Below are positions 62,498 through 64,000 of a stretch of DNA of 64,000 nucleotides, piece after piece (position 1 is the stretch's first letter; every line of letters starts with the position of its first letter). Under the pieces are notes generated by a model that was given only the letters and a program-made list of their open reading frames with translations, was not told where the DNA came from and did no database searches. Both the position numbers and the translations under genes were made by a program. Source of the DNA: Anaerohalosphaeraceae bacterium (GTDB taxonomy: Bacteria; Planctomycetota; Phycisphaerae; Sedimentisphaerales; Anaerohalosphaeraceae); the NCBI GenBank assembly GCA_963675525.2, contig CAXXSL010000016.1, positions 768,001-832,000 of the forward strand. The letters run 5' to 3'.

Positions 62498-63901
62498 ATG
62501 GTTACATTGTTGTGGTCGATTTTAACGTATGTTTTCCTGATTGCGGGGTTTTTGCTGGGTTTTGTGCTGATCGGGCATATCCTGCTGCAAAAGCGTGCGC
62601 CGTCCGGCACGATCGCTTGGCTTTTGGTGATCGGTTTTATGCCGCATCTGGGCGTACCGCTGTATTTGTTTTTCGGCGGGCGCAAGATGGCCCGGCACGT
62701 CGAAAAAAAGGGCCGGCTTGACCTGGACCTGAATGTAACGATCGCCCCGGAAGAGGCCGGCATCATCGACCGCATTCTGCGAAGCTATACCATTGGCGGC
62801 GCCGAAGCAGGCCACTGCGTCACACTTTGCAGCACCGGCATCGAACGGTTCGCGGCGATGGTGTCGCTGTTGGAAAACGCTCAACGTACTATTTATATCT
62901 CCACCTTTATCTACCAGGCCGATGAGGTGGGCCGGCGGATTTTGGATATTCTTGTCGCCAAAGCCAAAGCAGGCGTTGAGGTGAAACTGCTGATGGATGG
63001 CGTGGGAACGCTGCACACTCGCAGCTGGTTTTTTAAACCGCTGGTCGAGGCCGGCGGTAAGTTCGCGTTTTTCCTGCCGGTACTTCATCGACCGTTTCGC
63101 GGGCGAACCAATCTGCGCAACCATCGCAAGATCACGATCGTCGATAACCGCACGGTGATGGCCGGCGGCGCCAACATCGGGGTCGAATACATGGGACCGG
63201 AGCCGGATAAAAAACGCTGGAAGGATCTGGCGTTTACGCTGGAAGGCCCGGCGGTGCGGCACTGGCTGAATGTGTTTGCCGGGGATTGGGCCTTTGCCGC
63301 CAAAGAAACGCTTTCGGCCGAACAGATGCGGCTGCCCGATGCGCTGGCGAGTGAGCAGCCCGGTACGGGTATCGTGCAGGTTGTGCCGTCCGGGCCGGAT
63401 GTACCCAGCGACGCTTTGCACGATGCGCTGCTGTCGATGATCTATACCGCCCAGAAACGCTTCTGGACGGTCACGCCGTATTTCGTGCCGGACGATGCGC
63501 TGTGCCAGGCGCTGCTGCTGGCGGTGCGGCGAGGGGTTGATGTGCGTATTATTTTGCCGCGGCGGTCCAATCATCTCCTGCCGGACATTGTTCGCGGGAA
63601 CCCACTGCGGCAGATTCAGGATGCCGGGGGGCTGGTGATGTTCTATCCACCGAAAATGCTGCATTCCAAAGTCGTCCTGATGGACAAGCGGACGGCGGTG
63701 CTGGGATCGGCAAATATGGACATCCGAAGTTTGCTTTTAAATTACGAAACGGCGATGTTCGTTTACAGCCGGGATGAAATCGCCGCTGTGAAGCACTATA
63801 TCGAGAACATCATGACCGAATGCACCTGCGGGATCGGGGTCGCCTCGCTGCCGCGGGCCCTGGGGGAATCTATCATCAGACTTGTTTCGCCGCTGTTATA
63901 A
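62498..63901 (+). CDS. cls: Cardiolipin synthase (phospholipase D family)
   Basis: Two N-terminal TM, two HKD motifs (NHRKITIVD, LHSKVVLMD), TPYFVP, GSANMDIRS. Confidence 0.93.
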   Translation: MVTLLWSILTYVFLIAGFLLGFVLIGHILLQKRAPSGTIAWLLVIGFMPHLGVPLYLFFGGRKMARHVEKKGRLDLDLNVTIAPEEAGIIDRILRSYTIGGAEAGHCVTLCSTGIERFAAMVSLLENAQRTIYISTFIYQADEVGRRILDILVAKAKAGVEVKLLMDGVGTLHTRSWFFKPLVEAGGKFAFFLPVLHRPFRGRTNLRNHRKITIVDNRTVMAGGANIGVEYMGPEPDKKRWKDLAFTLEGPAVRHWLNVFAGDWAFAAKETLSAEQMRLPDALASEQPGTGIVQVVPSGPDVPSDALHDALLSMIYTAQKRFWTVTPYFVPDDALCQALLLAVRRGVDVRIILPRRSNHLLPDIVRGNPLRQIQDAGGLVMFYPPKMLHSKVVLMDKRTAVLGSANMDIRSLLLNYETAMFVYSRDEIAAVKHYIENIMTECTCGIGVASLPRALGESIIRLVSPLL

Positions 63902-64000
63902 ACAACTTGATTCTGTATATCAGAACGTTTCTTTATAAAGCCTTTACGAGAATGCTTTTTTGTGCTTTTTTGCACAAAAAGCCAAGGTAAATCCCTTTTT

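Noticed and set aside
62522..63664. Long antisense ORFs (also 4545-5393, 7301-8179, 17919-18875, 55683-56621)
   Set aside because: Shadows of well-supported genes on the opposite strand, with no recognisable motifs

Overview
Core chromosomal region of a diderm bacterium. Gene content and order suggest a Planctomycetota member of the Phycisphaerae/Sedimentisphaerales type (inference from split coaC/coaB, short glmU, dnaN-dciA-gyrB without adjacent dnaA/recF/gyrA, VPAPGA sorting signal and GLUG-repeat proteins). Housekeeping blocks: purB-pyrE; pheA-tpiA-secG-yicC-gmk-rpoZ-coaC-coaB; der-cstA; cdaA-cdaR; a probable oriC upstream of dnaN-dciA-gyrB; tRNA-Gln-glmU-prs-rplY-pth; rpsF-ssb-rpsR-rplI-dnaB-bamA-skp-lpxD-lpxC/fabZ-lpxA-Gfo/Idh/MocA; hldD; cls. 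The most interesting elements are: (1) a four-helix-bundle (IVP/Avd-like) gene enclosed by 7-bp-periodic inverted arms that could form one long RNA stem, with similar solo tracts elsewhere; (2) four translationally coupled paralogous 4-TM 'DER' membrane proteins plus an XRE regulator behind a triple-operator promoter; (3) an unassigned structured RNA upstream of tRNA-Gln; (4) an IS110/IS1111 element inserted in a REP-like palindrome, with a candidate guide RNA in its right end; (5) a YafQ-like toxin lacking the catalytic histidines; (6) an Rh-type ammonium transporter; (7) a helically phased CCAA array; (8) two inverted GLUG-protein paralogues sharing a 71-bp near-identical block. Several single-base frameshifts at 45-52 kb may be sequencing errors. 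All calls come from motif recognition only; no searches were run.
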